Origin: Sinorhizobium meliloti
GTDB taxonomy: Bacteria; Pseudomonadota; Alphaproteobacteria; Rhizobiales; Rhizobiaceae
Direction: 5' to 3'
Assembly: GCF_017876815.1 (NCBI RefSeq)
Contig: NZ_JAGIOS010000004.1
Span: 30,001 to 62,000, forward strand
Length of the DNA stretch: 32,000 nucleotides
In this document: positions 1 to 9,554 of the stretch, one piece after another
Numbering within the stretch: the first letter of the stretch is position 1
Layout: each line of letters opens with the position of its first letter
Made by a program: the position numbers and the translations under genes
The notes under the pieces: generated by a model
What the model saw: only the letters and a program-made list of their open reading frames with translations
What the model was told of the DNA's origin: nothing
Databases searched by the model: none

Positions 1-3000
1 CGGAACCGGCTGACCATGGCCGTCAAGCACATAAAGCCGCGTGTTCGCAATCGGACGGCCGATCGGCACATTCGTCGATGCGGAAAGATCTGCAGGGATG
101 TCATGGAAAGCACAACCGACAACCGCTTCCGTCGGGCCATACTCGTTGACCATTCTAGCCGCCGGCTGGATCTGACGCCATAGCTCGACCGTCGAAGACG
201 ACAATGCCTCACCGCCAATGACGAGCACCTCCACCTGACTGGCATCTCCAGCCGACTGCAGTTGCTGTCCAAGAACATCCAGATGGCTCGGGGTGACATT
301 GACCAGCCCGCACGGTGTGCCGACCCTTGACCTGATCCCCTCGACCTCGTCCCCCTCTTTCGTAAGCAATGCATGGCCGCCAGAGACCAAAGGCGCAAAC
401 AGGCTGTTGACCGTGGCATCGAAGGCGAGCGAAGAGGAGACGACGGATGAGGATATGGGAGCGTAGCTCTCACGAGCCCAGCTTAGATAATTGGTCATCC
501 CGCGATGCTCGACCATGACGCCCTTAGGCGTGCCGGTGGATCCCGATGTGTAGATGACATAGGCGAGATTGCGGGCTGTCAGGCCGAGGGCATGCGGGTC
601 GGGATCGTCAGCGGACTGGTCGGCCCAGGCGGGCATGGCTGCATCGAGATCGACCGCGCTCAGATCGGCGATTGCCTCGGCGCCCAACGCCGCGCGACCG
701 GCGGCGTCGCAAAGCAGCAGCCGCGGGCCGGCATCGTCGAGCAACTGCCGCAGCCGTTCGCCGGGATAGGCCGGGTCGAGCGGCACATAGGCGCCGCCGG
801 CCTTGAGGATCGCCAGCAGTCCCACCACCATCGCCGGGCTGCGCTCGACGCAGATCGCCACTGGCTGGTCCGGCCTCACCCCGAGCCCGATCAGATGATG
901 GGCCAGCCGGTTGGCATCGGCATTGAGCGCGCCATAGGAGATCGACTGCTCTTCGAAGACCAGTGCGACCGCGTCGGGCACCCGGCGCACCTGCGCCTCG
1001 AACAGCGCATGCACGCAAAGATCCGACGGATAGTCCGCTTCCGTCCGGTTCAACTCCTCCAGCAGGTAGCTGCGCTCGTCGGGAGGCAGGATGTCCAGCT
1101 CGGACACCGGCTGCTCGGCATCGGCAAGCATCGCCCGCAGCAGCGCCAGCAGATAACCACATTGCCGCTCGATCGTCGCCCGGTCGAACAACGCCGTCGC
1201 ATAACCGAGAGTCCCGGCGATGGCCTCGCCCTGCTCTCCCAGGTTCAGTTCCAGATCGAACTTGACCTGATCGAGCCCCTCGCCCGCAGCCTCCACCTGC
1301 AGCCCCGGCAGGTCCAATGACCCGCCGGTGTTGTTCTGCCAGGCCAGTCCCACCTGGAACAACGGCGTGTGACCGAGAGCCCGGGGCGGCTGGACGATCT
1401 CCACCACCTGCTCGAACGGCAGGTCCTGATGATCCTGCGCAGTCAAGGCCGCGCGCCGCGCCCGTTCCAGGAGATCGGACACGCTCGGCTCGCCCGACAG
1501 ATCGATTCGAACCGCCAGGGTGTTGACGAAGAAACCGATTAGATCCTCGATCTCGCGGCGACGACGATTGGCCGTCGGCACACCGATCACGATATCGTCC
1601 TGCCCGGACAGGCGCGACAGCACCGCAGCCCAGGCCGCCAGCACTGTCATGAACAACGTCGTGCCATGCTGCCGGCTCAGCCGCTTGAGCCCGCGCGTCA
1701 GAGCCTCATCGATGATAACCGGCACGCTGGCTCCGGCAAACGACTGCTGTGCCGGCCGCGGCCGGTCCGTCGGCAGCGCCAGACGGGCCGGGGCGCCAGA
1801 CAGGGTGTCGCGCCAATACTGCGCCTGACGCTGCAGCCGCTCGCCGGACAACCATTGCCGTTGCCAGGCGGCATAATCCGGATACTGGATCGCCAGCGGC
1901 GGCAAAGGATCGTCCTCTCCAGCCTCAAACGCGCGGTAAAGGCTGCTGAGCTCGCGCACCAGCACCCCCATCGACCAGCCGTCCGAGACTATGTGATGCT
2001 GCGTCAGCAGAAAGACGTGCTCCTCATCCGCCAGCCGGATCAGCCGGCCGCGGATCAGCGGCTCGCGCGCCAGATCGAACGGCGTGCGCGCCTCTTCTTG
2101 GCACAGATCCAAAAGCGCGGCTTGCGCATCCGGCCTGTCCCGCAGATCGTGCTCGACCACCGGCAATCCCCTGTCCCCGGACAAAATCTGGACCTGCGGG
2201 TCATCCTCTCCGGCGACGAACGTGCAGCGCAGCGCCTCGTGACGGGCAAACAGGCGGTCAAGGCTGCGCCGCCAGGCGACACGGTCGAGTCTGCCCTGCA
2301 GTCGCCACCCCAGGGGAATGTTATAGTTCGTGCTGTCTTCGTCCAACTGTGCCAAGAACCAGAGACGCTGCTGCGAATAGGACAGCGGAAGCGCACCATC
2401 ACGTCCGACTGGCATGATGACCGGTGCTGTCTGCGGGCTGCCCTGGAGATCGGCACCCGCTATTATCATCGCTAAAAGCGCGCGAAACCCTTCTATCGCG
2501 GCATCATAGCATTTGAGGTTGAGAGTCATTGCCGTGTCGGTTGATGCAACGGACAGCGGGCACTGCACAACTACGTTGCCCGTGTCAATACCAGAATTGA
2601 TGTGATGCCACGAAATGGCGTATTGGCTCTCTTGCGCCAGAATAGCCCAGCTTGTCGCGTGGGTCCCTGCGTGACGCGGCAGTGGGCTGTCGTTATAATT
2701 AAACGCACCGACACGTGCTCGCTCCAATAAATGAGCTGGCAAGATAACGGGATTGACAACGGAAAATATCAAATCGACATTCACGTCGTATAGAAATTCA
2801 TAGGTCTGCTCGACGTTATCGAAGCACGGGATGCCTAAATTAGTAGCCCAGGCACGAAATACATCATCTGTAGGAAGAACGGCGGGTATGGAGCAGCCCA
2901 TTTCCTTTGCCGTCTGCGCACATCTAATACTAAGCGAACCGCCACCGACAAAGATAGCTGACAGGGTTCGTGTAGTGCTGGGGTATCGCAGATCTTGGCC

Positions 3001-3048
3001 GCAAAGCCCATAGCCATACGGGCTTTTCGGAAGCGACAAATCGATCAT
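1..3048 (-). CDS. Non-ribosomal peptide synthetase, N-terminal part (formyltransferase-like domain, condensation domain, adenylation domain); the 3' end runs off the window
   Basis: My translation of the minus strand is open from ATG 3048 (RBS AAGAGGAA upstream) to base 1. The ORF is missing from the track because it has no stop in the window. Motifs: AFNYNDSPLPRHAG...SWHHINSGIDTGNVV (formyltransferase fold); LPLSYSQQRLWF and HHIVSDGWS (1972-1998, C domain); LAYVIYTSGSTGTPKGV (517-567) and NEYGPTE (127-147) (A domain). All are in the same frame. Confidence 0.9.
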   Translation of the reverse strand, partial: MIDLSLPKSPYGYGLCGQDLRYPSTTRTLSAIFVGGGSLSIRCAQTAKEMGCSIPAVLPTDDVFRAWATNLGIPCFDNVEQTYEFLYDVNVDLIFSVVNPVILPAHLLERARVGAFNYNDSPLPRHAGTHATSWAILAQESQYAISWHHINSGIDTGNVVVQCPLSVASTDTAMTLNLKCYDAAIEGFRALLAMIIAGADLQGSPQTAPVIMPVGRDGALPLSYSQQRLWFLAQLDEDSTNYNIPLGWRLQGRLDRVAWRRSLDRLFARHEALRCTFVAGEDDPQVQILSGDRGLPVVEHDLRDRPDAQAALLDLCQEEARTPFDLAREPLIRGRLIRLADEEHVFLLTQHHIVSDGWSMGVLVRELSSLYRAFEAGEDDPLPPLAIQYPDYAAWQRQWLSGERLQRQAQYWRDTLSGAPARLALPTDRPRPAQQSFAGASVPVIIDEALTRGLKRLSRQHGTTLFMTVLAAWAAVLSRLSGQDDIVIGVPTANRRRREIEDLIGFFVNTLAVRIDLSGEPSVSDLLERARRAALTAQDHQDLPFEQVVEIVQPPRALGHTPLFQVGLAWQNNTGGSLDLPGLQVEAAGEGLDQVKFDLELNLGEQGEAIAGTLGYATALFDRATIERQCGYLLALLRAMLADAEQPVSELDILPPDERSYLLEELNRTEADYPSDLCVHALFEAQVRRVPDAVALVFEEQSISYGALNADANRLAHHLIGLGVRPDQPVAICVERSPAMVVGLLAILKAGGAYVPLDPAYPGERLRQLLDDAGPRLLLCDAAGRAALGAEAIADLSAVDLDAAMPAWADQSADDPDPHALGLTARNLAYVIYTSGSTGTPKGVMVEHRGMTNYLSWARESYAPISSSVVSSSLAFDATVNSLFAPLVSGGHALLTKEGDEVEGIRSRVGTPCGLVNVTPSHLDVLGQQLQSAGDASQVEVLVIGGEALSSSTVELWRQIQPAARMVNEYGPTEAVVGCAFHDIPADLSASTNVPIGRPIANTRLYVLDGHGQPVP

Positions 3049-3120
3049 CTTGTTCCTCTTTAGTGATCTCGTGCTCACGCGCTGGTGCGGCACCCGCAAT
3101 CACCGCGACCTGGTCACCGA

Positions 3121-3318
3121 TCAGCTGGAGGCGCTTTGGTCACCAGAACAGATCGCCGGCCACCTGCTTCGCCCTTTTGGCGTGCCGCCGAGATAGGCGC
3201 GCATGTCGAGCAGCGACTTCTCAAGCACGTCGAAATTGCGGCGGAACTCCGCGGTCATGTAAGGCCAGGGTCCGCCGCCATGGCTGATGAAGTAGGTCCG
3301 GAGTTCAGAATCTGTCAT
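3121..3318 (-). pseudogene. N-terminal remnant of a class III extradiol dioxygenase (LigB/DODA-like) gene
   Basis: MTDSELRTYFISHGGGPWPYM...LGGTPK resembles the N-terminus of this family. The ORF stops after about 65 aa, where the family normally continues. It is divergent from the LysR gene. Confidence 0.45.
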
Positions 3319-3427
3319 CGGGTCTGTCCTTCGCAAGTTTGCCGCGCCAGGCGCGGCGCCCGTTGGAAAAGCGAGTCGCGACGGGTACCTGTAGAGGAAT
3401 TTGACTTTTCTCATTTATTAATCAATG

Positions 3428-3458
3428 CATTCGATATTGAAGAACCATTTCTCGAATG
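3428..3458. promoter_or_regulatory. Candidate LysR-type binding site (CATTCGA-N17-TCGAATG) in the divergent intergenic region
   Basis: 7-bp inverted repeat arms at 3428-3434 and 3452-3458 in an AT-rich stretch, 10 bp upstream of the LysR ATG. Confidence 0.3.
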
Positions 3459-3468
3459 TTGATGATCC

Positions 3469-4365
3469 ATGGATACAATGATGAGCCTGCGGCTGTTCTG
3501 CACCGTGTCAGAACTGAAGAGCTTCACTGCTGCCGCCGACCGCCTCGGCATTTCGCCGGCAATGGCGAGCAAACATGTGATGCAGCTTGAGAACAGGCTG
3601 GGCACCCGGCTCCTCAACCGGACCAGCCGCCACGTCAGCCTGACGGAAACCGGATGCCTTTATTTCAACCAGGCCAAGCAGTTGCTCGAAGGGCTTGACG
3701 AGGTGGAAGCAGCCATCGGCAACGCTACGGTGGCGCCCTGCGGCATCCTGAAACTGAGTGCACCGGTTTGCGCGGCCAGCATATGCTTCGTGAGCCGACT
3801 GGCCGAGTATAACCGGCGCTATCCCGACGTCTGCCTAGACGTGGATCTAAGCGGCCGCATGGTGAATCTGGTAGACGAAGGTTTCGATCTTGCCCTGCGG
3901 GCAACGTCGCCCGGCCGGCTCGATCTGGGCCTCGTCGCCCGTCCGCTGGCCGATATAGAATTCCACCTCATGGCATCGCCGGAATATCTGGAACGAGCAG
4001 GTCGACCCAAAGGCTTCGCGGATCTTAACGGTCACGCGCTGCTTCGTTTCAGCGGGGTCAACCTCAGTGACATCACGGCGCTGAAAGGCGCAAATGGACA
4101 GTACAAAGTCACATTTCGTACCGTGATGTTGAGCGAGAACAAGACCATTCTCCAGCAGGCAGCTCTGCAGGGTATGGGCCTTGTCTTCCTGCCGAAATGG
4201 ATGACCGAGCAGGACATCGCGGCAGGCCGATTGGAGACCGTGCTTCCAGACGCGATCAGGTTTTCCATTACGTTATATGCTGTGTATCCGAGCCGGAAGT
4301 ATCTTTCCGCCAAAGTCCGCACTTTCATAGACTTTATGACGACGAGCTTGCAGGGCCTAGGATAA
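3469..4365 (+). CDS. LysR family transcriptional regulator
   Basis: 298-aa ORF. N-terminal HTH LRLFCTVSELKSFTAAADRLGISPAMASKHVMQLENRLGTRLLNRTSR, plus a typical LysR substrate-binding C-terminal region. Confidence 0.93.
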   Translation: MDTMMSLRLFCTVSELKSFTAAADRLGISPAMASKHVMQLENRLGTRLLNRTSRHVSLTETGCLYFNQAKQLLEGLDEVEAAIGNATVAPCGILKLSAPVCAASICFVSRLAEYNRRYPDVCLDVDLSGRMVNLVDEGFDLALRATSPGRLDLGLVARPLADIEFHLMASPEYLERAGRPKGFADLNGHALLRFSGVNLSDITALKGANGQYKVTFRTVMLSENKTILQQAALQGMGLVFLPKWMTEQDIAAGRLETVLPDAIRFSITLYAVYPSRKYLSAKVRTFIDFMTTSLQGLG

Positions 4366-4558
4366 ACACGATTGTGCAGGAGCCGTTTCGCGACGGTTGG
4401 GAGCATGACCGGGCGCGCGCGCCAGGCTTCGCCGCCCGATCCAAACGGCATCATGGACGAAAGCGATATACTTAGAATAGTTGCTACTAGCACCGCAGGC
4501 TGCACGGGGAAGGTCAAGCTGCGCTTCCACATTCCTAAAGTCACCGGTGTTTACGCAT

Positions 4559-5608
4559 TTAATCAACTCGATCCATAATGCCGGACTGAATGGCCAGGGC
4601 GGTGTTCTGCGAGGCGTGAAGTGGCAGATCTCCAAACGCGAGTTGACAAAGAAGGTAGTTGGCCCCCGCCTCTTCCAACTGATCAAGGAGAGCCCGGCGC
4701 ACAAAAGCTGCCGTTCCTACCACGCACAACTCGCTCTCGATTGCGGCATCCAAGGTCAGCGGCAAGTTTGGCGGAACGGGGATCGCGTTGACATCGTACA
4801 GGAACTTGAAGTTCTTGACCCATCGGTCGTAAGCAGGTGCCGCGAGTGAATGGGCGTGCGCGGCAGAGTGTCCGACCACTACCATTCGGAGCAATCCGAG
4901 AAAAGGCGCTTGGTCGTCCGGGTCATTGTTTTGCTCTGGATGGGAACGGAAGGCATCAGTAATTTTGCGAACAACAGACGCGGGTCCTAGGCAAGCGATA
5001 TTTGCGCCGTTGGCAGCGGCCCAAGCCGCAGATTCGGGCCGGTTGGTGGCGATCCATGTAGGCGGATGCGGACGCTGATGAGGCCGCAGCGTCAAAGGGA
5101 CATCGTTTAGCTCAAAATGCTTGCCTTGGTAGGACAGTGTGCCGCCCTTCATTGCCTTCACGAGGATTTCGCTGGCTTCGATGTAGCGCTCCGGCACCGC
5201 GTCTGCACCAATCCCGAAGTAATTCAATTCGATCGGGAGAAAGCCGCGCCCGATACCAAGCTCGAGTCTACCACCGCTCAATTGGTCCAACATACAGATC
5301 TCTTCAAACGCGCGTAGCGGATGACAAAGGCTGAGCAGCATGACCAAGGGGCCGACACGAAGTTGCCGAGTGCGCTGCGCGACGCTCGACAAGAACAAAT
5401 TCGGCGATGCGCCTCTCCCATGCGGGGTACAATGGTGCTCCGCGAGGTGATATGCATAAAAACCGAGCCGATCGCATGTCTCGGCTAACGTCAGGCGGTC
5501 GGCGTACTGTTGTGCGATGTCCCGACCGTCCTCGTCTAAGTGATCAAAGATGCCGAAGGTTAGCTTCGAAGGGGAGGTATGTCTCATTCCGTCATCTCCA
5601 ACTTTCAT
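4559..5608 (-). CDS. LLM-class (luciferase-like) flavin-dependent oxidoreductase
   Basis: 349-aa ORF with FGIFDHL...YHLAEHH...GRLELGIGRG, typical of luciferase-like monooxygenases. The second ATG at 5587 has the better RBS (GGAG). Confidence 0.85.
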   Translation of the reverse strand: MKVGDDGMRHTSPSKLTFGIFDHLDEDGRDIAQQYADRLTLAETCDRLGFYAYHLAEHHCTPHGRGASPNLFLSSVAQRTRQLRVGPLVMLLSLCHPLRAFEEICMLDQLSGGRLELGIGRGFLPIELNYFGIGADAVPERYIEASEILVKAMKGGTLSYQGKHFELNDVPLTLRPHQRPHPPTWIATNRPESAAWAAANGANIACLGPASVVRKITDAFRSHPEQNNDPDDQAPFLGLLRMVVVGHSAAHAHSLAAPAYDRWVKNFKFLYDVNAIPVPPNLPLTLDAAIESELCVVGTAAFVRRALLDQLEEAGANYLLCQLAFGDLPLHASQNTALAIQSGIMDRVD

Positions 5609-6299
5609 GAACGAGCGTAAGGCGTTGACCCAAGCGATCTGAGACTTGGCCTTTTTCCTGAGTGGATGGTCTTGTGCCTAGCTTGAATTTGTTTGGGCTT
5701 TGCGTTGGCTACGCCAGATCATCGAGGCATTTGGAAGTTGCGCACAGATCCACACCCACAAGGGACCCCTAGGACGCCGGCAGCTTTGGCGACCCTTTGA
5801 AGATCGCGTTGAGGGGCACCTTGCGCGAAGGAGCAAACACGGCCAGATGCTGAACCGGCTATGGGACTGTACTCTCGGTGGGGAGTGGCCCACCTGAGCT
5901 GTTGGATACCATCGTTGCAGGGGGCCTTCCCAGGTCAACGCGTTCGGCCGACCGCTTTGCGACACGCCCGCAAGAGTGTGCGAACTACTTCGCAGCGACG
6001 GGATATGACCCAAATTAAAGTGGACGTGCTCTAGCATTACGCGAGTGGAACAACTCATGGAGTTGCACTGGATCCTCAACGACATCGACCCGCCACCTCC
6101 GTGCCCTCGGCGCAATCGCCGGCCACTCCTTCCGTAAAGGCAAGCTCTGAAGCTCATGACCAAGATTGCGTTCTTCGAGGTCCAAATCTCCAACGAAGCT
6201 GGTGTTGACTCCACTACGCGGAACTGGCGGCGAGGCGCATAATAATTTCCCATTGAGAATTGCGCCTTGTGAAGCTGCGCCCAAGGCGATGAACCCTAG

Positions 6300-7088
6300 T
6301 TATTGGCGGGGCCGCTTTGAACGGTAGTCCGCACATGCTTTTCCAAATGCACCGAATAGTCTCTTGGAGTGGGGATCCTCTGCGGCATGCCACTCTGGAT
6401 GCCATTGCACCGCCAATTGTAAAGCGTCAGCGTTTGCCACGCTAATAGCTTCGATCAGCCCATCAGGGGCGACCGCCTCACAAGTGAGGCCATTCCCCAG
6501 AGACGATATCCCTTGGTTGTGAAGGGAGTTGACCTTGATGACTGTGCCACATCCGAAAATACTCGCAAATTTTCCCCCAGGTTGAATGATCACGTCATGA
6601 ACAGGATCGTATTGCCGGTCACGTGGTAGCGAAACATCCTCTCTGTGGCGCAGCATGTCCTTCCGGCTGGAAATGTCTTCAAAAAGCGCTCCTCCGAAAA
6701 AGACATTCATCTCTTGGAGTCCCCGGCATATCCCAAGGATCGGAAGCCCTCTCTCAAGAGCAGCAGAAAGAAAACCACTTGCCATCACGTCTCTATAGTG
6801 GTCACTTTCTCCTCTGCGATAGCCGCTTGCGGCCAAAAAAAGGCGTCGAGCATTGGATTGGGAAACGTAATCCGGGTTAACGTTCGATTCATCCCCGGTA
6901 AGGACAAACCCGTCGAGGCGATCAGCAATTTTCCGGATTCCTACTCGATCGTTAGTAGACTGTGTGGGCAGAACTACAATCTCAACATTAGCAAATGTCT
7001 CGAGCGTATCTATGTATCGCCTACGAACCCATTCCCGGTGAACCTCATCTTCGACGAGGCGGTTTGCGGTGACTCCAACCAGTGGCAT
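6300..7088 (-). CDS. Class I glutamine-amidotransferase-like / gamma-glutamyl-GABA hydrolase (PuuD, peptidase C26) family protein; RtxD-like position
   Basis: 262-aa ORF with LPILGICRGLQEMNVFFGG (nucleophile Cys), SLHNQGI and WHPEW. Its ATG lies 5 nt after the desaturase stop. Confidence 0.85.
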   Translation of the reverse strand: MPLVGVTANRLVEDEVHREWVRRRYIDTLETFANVEIVVLPTQSTNDRVGIRKIADRLDGFVLTGDESNVNPDYVSQSNARRLFLAASGYRRGESDHYRDVMASGFLSAALERGLPILGICRGLQEMNVFFGGALFEDISSRKDMLRHREDVSLPRDRQYDPVHDVIIQPGGKFASIFGCGTVIKVNSLHNQGISSLGNGLTCEAVAPDGLIEAISVANADALQLAVQWHPEWHAAEDPHSKRLFGAFGKACADYRSKRPRQ

Positions 7089-7093
7089 TGTTC

Positions 7094-8161
7094 CTACAAG
7101 GCGCTCCCTGTGGCAGCAGGTCTGTTCTGCTGTTCGGCTTCATACAGCCTCGCGTTGCGCTCGATCAGTTGGGATATGACACTTGGCTGTCCTTTGGGTC
7201 CCTTACAAAATAGGCCACCCCATGTCGTTGACACTTCGCGGAACTCGGGATCTGCCATCCGAATTTCCTGCGCCTTCTTGAGCAGCCAGAACGGTATGCC
7301 AGGTGAAAGATGATGCTCGAGGTGATATTCGTCTAGATTTACGCCGAACAGCATACGCTCCAAAAGATTGCCTTTCCGGTTCCTCGTTAGGTACAAGTTC
7401 TTGTTTTCGACTTCACACATCGGTGAATGCTCGGCTATCTCGGTGAACCAGCCGATGACTTGGAATGTCGTCAGATAAGGAATGATCCAGAATAGGATAA
7501 GTTCGTCAAAAAAGCCGAAGGCTATCGATGTCCCGAGAACAGTAATCCAGAACCCTGCGAAACCCCATGTATCAACTAAAATCCCAGTCTTGTCGACGTC
7601 AGCACTTCCAGCTCCGCCGATGCTGAACCGGGATTTGAAGAGGTATTTTAAATAGGCAGATGTTGCCCCTCCGAGTAGGGGTAAAACAACAATATCCCAG
7701 ATATATCTATTGGGGTGGCGTACGTCATACACTCCGGTCTCCAGGAAAAATTTGAGATCTGGATCCTTCTCCGGATCACCTAAGTGCGGGTGGTGCAGAT
7801 GGACGTGTGAAATCCGGTAGGCCCAATGCCGCTGGAACAGCGGATAGGCAGCGAACAGGATACCAAGAACGTAATTCAGCGTCGCATTTCTCGCCAGTGT
7901 CTTGTGTGCAGCGTCGTGTGCTATTGTAGTCAAACCGCGCTGGTGCGCGCCAATGAACAGGACTGCAAGAGGGTAGAACCACCACGATACCTCGGATGCA
8001 AGTGCCCCAAATGCAAGGATAATAATGTAGTCTTTGGCAATATAAAGTGCTCCCGTGAAATTATCGGTGCGCAATGCCGCGAGCGATCTCTTTATGTCGG
8101 AGGGAAAGCGGACGCTTTGGAAATGGGAGGCCTTCAGAGGCCAAACGTCTTGAACGGTCAT
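7094..8161 (-). CDS. Membrane fatty-acid-desaturase family di-iron enzyme (RtxC-like candidate)
   Basis: Histidine boxes HDAAH, HVHLHH and EHHL with hydrophobic segments. I place the start at ATG 8161 (MTVQDV, RBS GAGGAA), because the longer track ORF (to 8401) overlaps the upstream gene. Confidence 0.85.
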   Translation of the reverse strand: MTVQDVWPLKASHFQSVRFPSDIKRSLAALRTDNFTGALYIAKDYIIILAFGALASEVSWWFYPLAVLFIGAHQRGLTTIAHDAAHKTLARNATLNYVLGILFAAYPLFQRHWAYRISHVHLHHPHLGDPEKDPDLKFFLETGVYDVRHPNRYIWDIVVLPLLGGATSAYLKYLFKSRFSIGGAGSADVDKTGILVDTWGFAGFWITVLGTSIAFGFFDELILFWIIPYLTTFQVIGWFTEIAEHSPMCEVENKNLYLTRNRKGNLLERMLFGVNLDEYHLEHHLSPGIPFWLLKKAQEIRMADPEFREVSTTWGGLFCKGPKGQPSVISQLIERNARLYEAEQQNRPAATGSAL

Positions 8162-8189
8162 AGTTTCCTCGGGATTTTCTGGACTGAAA

Positions 8190-9524
8190 TCAATATATGG
8201 CGGACAGAGCCTTTTCCAGGTCGCCGATAATGTCGTCTGCATGCTCAAGCCCCACGCACAGCCGGATAGTTCCGTCAGTGATGCCGGCCGCGATTCGCTT
8301 ATCTCGAGGAACCGTTGTATGGGTTGTCGAGACCGGATGTGTGATGAGGGTGCGGGCGTCCCCGACATTCGAGACGTGATAGAGCAAGTCAATGTTTTCA
8401 ATTAGGGTGCGGCCGTTACGTGCGTCTCCTACCTCGAACATGAGCATAGCCCCGTACCCGTAACTTCTGTCGAATAGATCGTCCGCGAGTTCTTTCTTCT
8501 GCCCCGTAAAAAACAACGGATAGGTTACTTTGGCTACCTTGGGGTGGTTCCGGAGCATTTCAGCAACTGTTTGGGCGTTTTCGCAATGTTGCCGCATCCG
8601 TAGGTGTAGTGTCTCAAGTCCTTGGAGAAGTTGAAAACTGTTGAATGGGCTGGCGCAGGCACCAACATCACGAAGCCACGTCATCCGGGCCTTTAACAGT
8701 GTCGCACTCTTCCCGAGCTCTTGGACTTCCCGCACCGCCTCGTGCCAAAGGATACCGCCGTGTGCTTCATCTGGATTTGAGAACAAAGGAAAGCTTTCCG
8801 GATGCTGTTGAAAGGGGAAGCTGCCGTAGTCAGAGATTATCCCTCCAAGAGTTGTTCCGTGCCCGCACACGTATTTGGTCGCGGAATAGATGGCCATATC
8901 TGCACCTAATTTTGCGGGTCGACAGACGAGCGGTGTAGTGGTGTTGTCCACCACTACGGGAACACCTCTCCTTCTTCCAATCTCCACCAAACTCCGGAGA
9001 GGTAGGGGGTCTAGGATTGGATTAGAGATGCACTCCCCGAATAGGCAAATTGTGCGATCATCTATCTGCCTTTCGAATGCAGCGGGGTCGGAATTCTCGG
9101 CTGTTCTGGTTTCAATCCCGAACCTTCGAAAGGTGTTATGGAGAAGATTCCAGGAGTTTCCGTAGAGGAAGGGCGACGCCACAATGTTGTCACCTGGCCT
9201 GCCACTACAGAGATTGGCCAAGGCGATGAAAGTCGCGGCTTGCCCGGATGCGACGGCCAGGCTGTCTGTCGCATTGTCAACAGCTGCGAAGCGCCTCTCA
9301 AGCGCTCTGGTCGTGGGATTGATGATGCGGGTATAAGTGTAGCCGTCCTCTTTGACATTGTAGACATTCGCGATCTTGGAAAGGTCACCCTCCAATTCAT
9401 AGGCCGTATTCTGATAGATTGGTACGCAAACAGCTTTCGTAGAGGGGTCATTTCTGAACCCGGCATGAAGGGCGGCTGTGGCTGGGTGCGCCCAATGCTC
9501 CGACTTGTCGAATTTCTTAGACAT
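8190..9524 (-). CDS. O-acetylhomoserine sulfhydrylase-family PLP enzyme (MetY-like; equivalent of the RtxA C-terminal half)
   Basis: 444-aa ORF matching the MetY pattern throughout: ALHAG...VPIYQNTAY...YTRIINPT...SATKY (PLP Lys)...SPFNSFQLLQGLETLHLRM...IRLCVGLEH. Confidence 0.9.
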   Translation of the reverse strand: MSKKFDKSEHWAHPATAALHAGFRNDPSTKAVCVPIYQNTAYELEGDLSKIANVYNVKEDGYTYTRIINPTTRALERRFAAVDNATDSLAVASGQAATFIALANLCSGRPGDNIVASPFLYGNSWNLLHNTFRRFGIETRTAENSDPAAFERQIDDRTICLFGECISNPILDPLPLRSLVEIGRRRGVPVVVDNTTTPLVCRPAKLGADMAIYSATKYVCGHGTTLGGIISDYGSFPFQQHPESFPLFSNPDEAHGGILWHEAVREVQELGKSATLLKARMTWLRDVGACASPFNSFQLLQGLETLHLRMRQHCENAQTVAEMLRNHPKVAKVTYPLFFTGQKKELADDLFDRSYGYGAMLMFEVGDARNGRTLIENIDLLYHVSNVGDARTLITHPVSTTHTTVPRDKRIAAGITDGTIRLCVGLEHADDIIGDLEKALSAIY

Positions 9525-9554
9525 TTCAATGTTCCTGAATTGGCTTGCGGCAGA

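Noticed and set aside
1495-1520. GATTCGAACC, a tRNA T-arm-like motif
   Set aside because: It lies inside the NRPS coding frame and no cloverleaf can be drawn around it.
505-2475. Several long plus-strand ORFs (505-1320, 1666-2475 and others) and minus-strand ORFs in other frames across the first 2.5 kb
   Set aside because: Their translations are Arg/Ala/Pro/Gly-rich with no motifs, as expected for off-frame or antisense ORFs in high-GC coding DNA. The NRPS frame on the minus strand carries canonical C- and A-domain motifs.
3319-3414. Upstream extension (MRKVKFLYRYPS...) of the dioxygenase-remnant ORF
   Set aside because: It runs through the AT-rich divergent promoter of the LysR gene. Family similarity starts at MTDSELRTYF (ATG 3318).
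5678-6253. 191-aa minus-strand ORF in the gap between the PuuD-like and LLM genes
   Set aside because: The translation is rich in R, S, C and W and has no domain-like pattern. It is treated as non-coding or decayed sequence.
8162-8401. N-terminal 80-codon extension of the desaturase ORF (track start 8401)
   Set aside because: It overlaps the 3' end of the sulfhydrylase-like gene in another frame and lacks an RBS. ATG 8161 has GAGGAA and gives a normal operon spacing.
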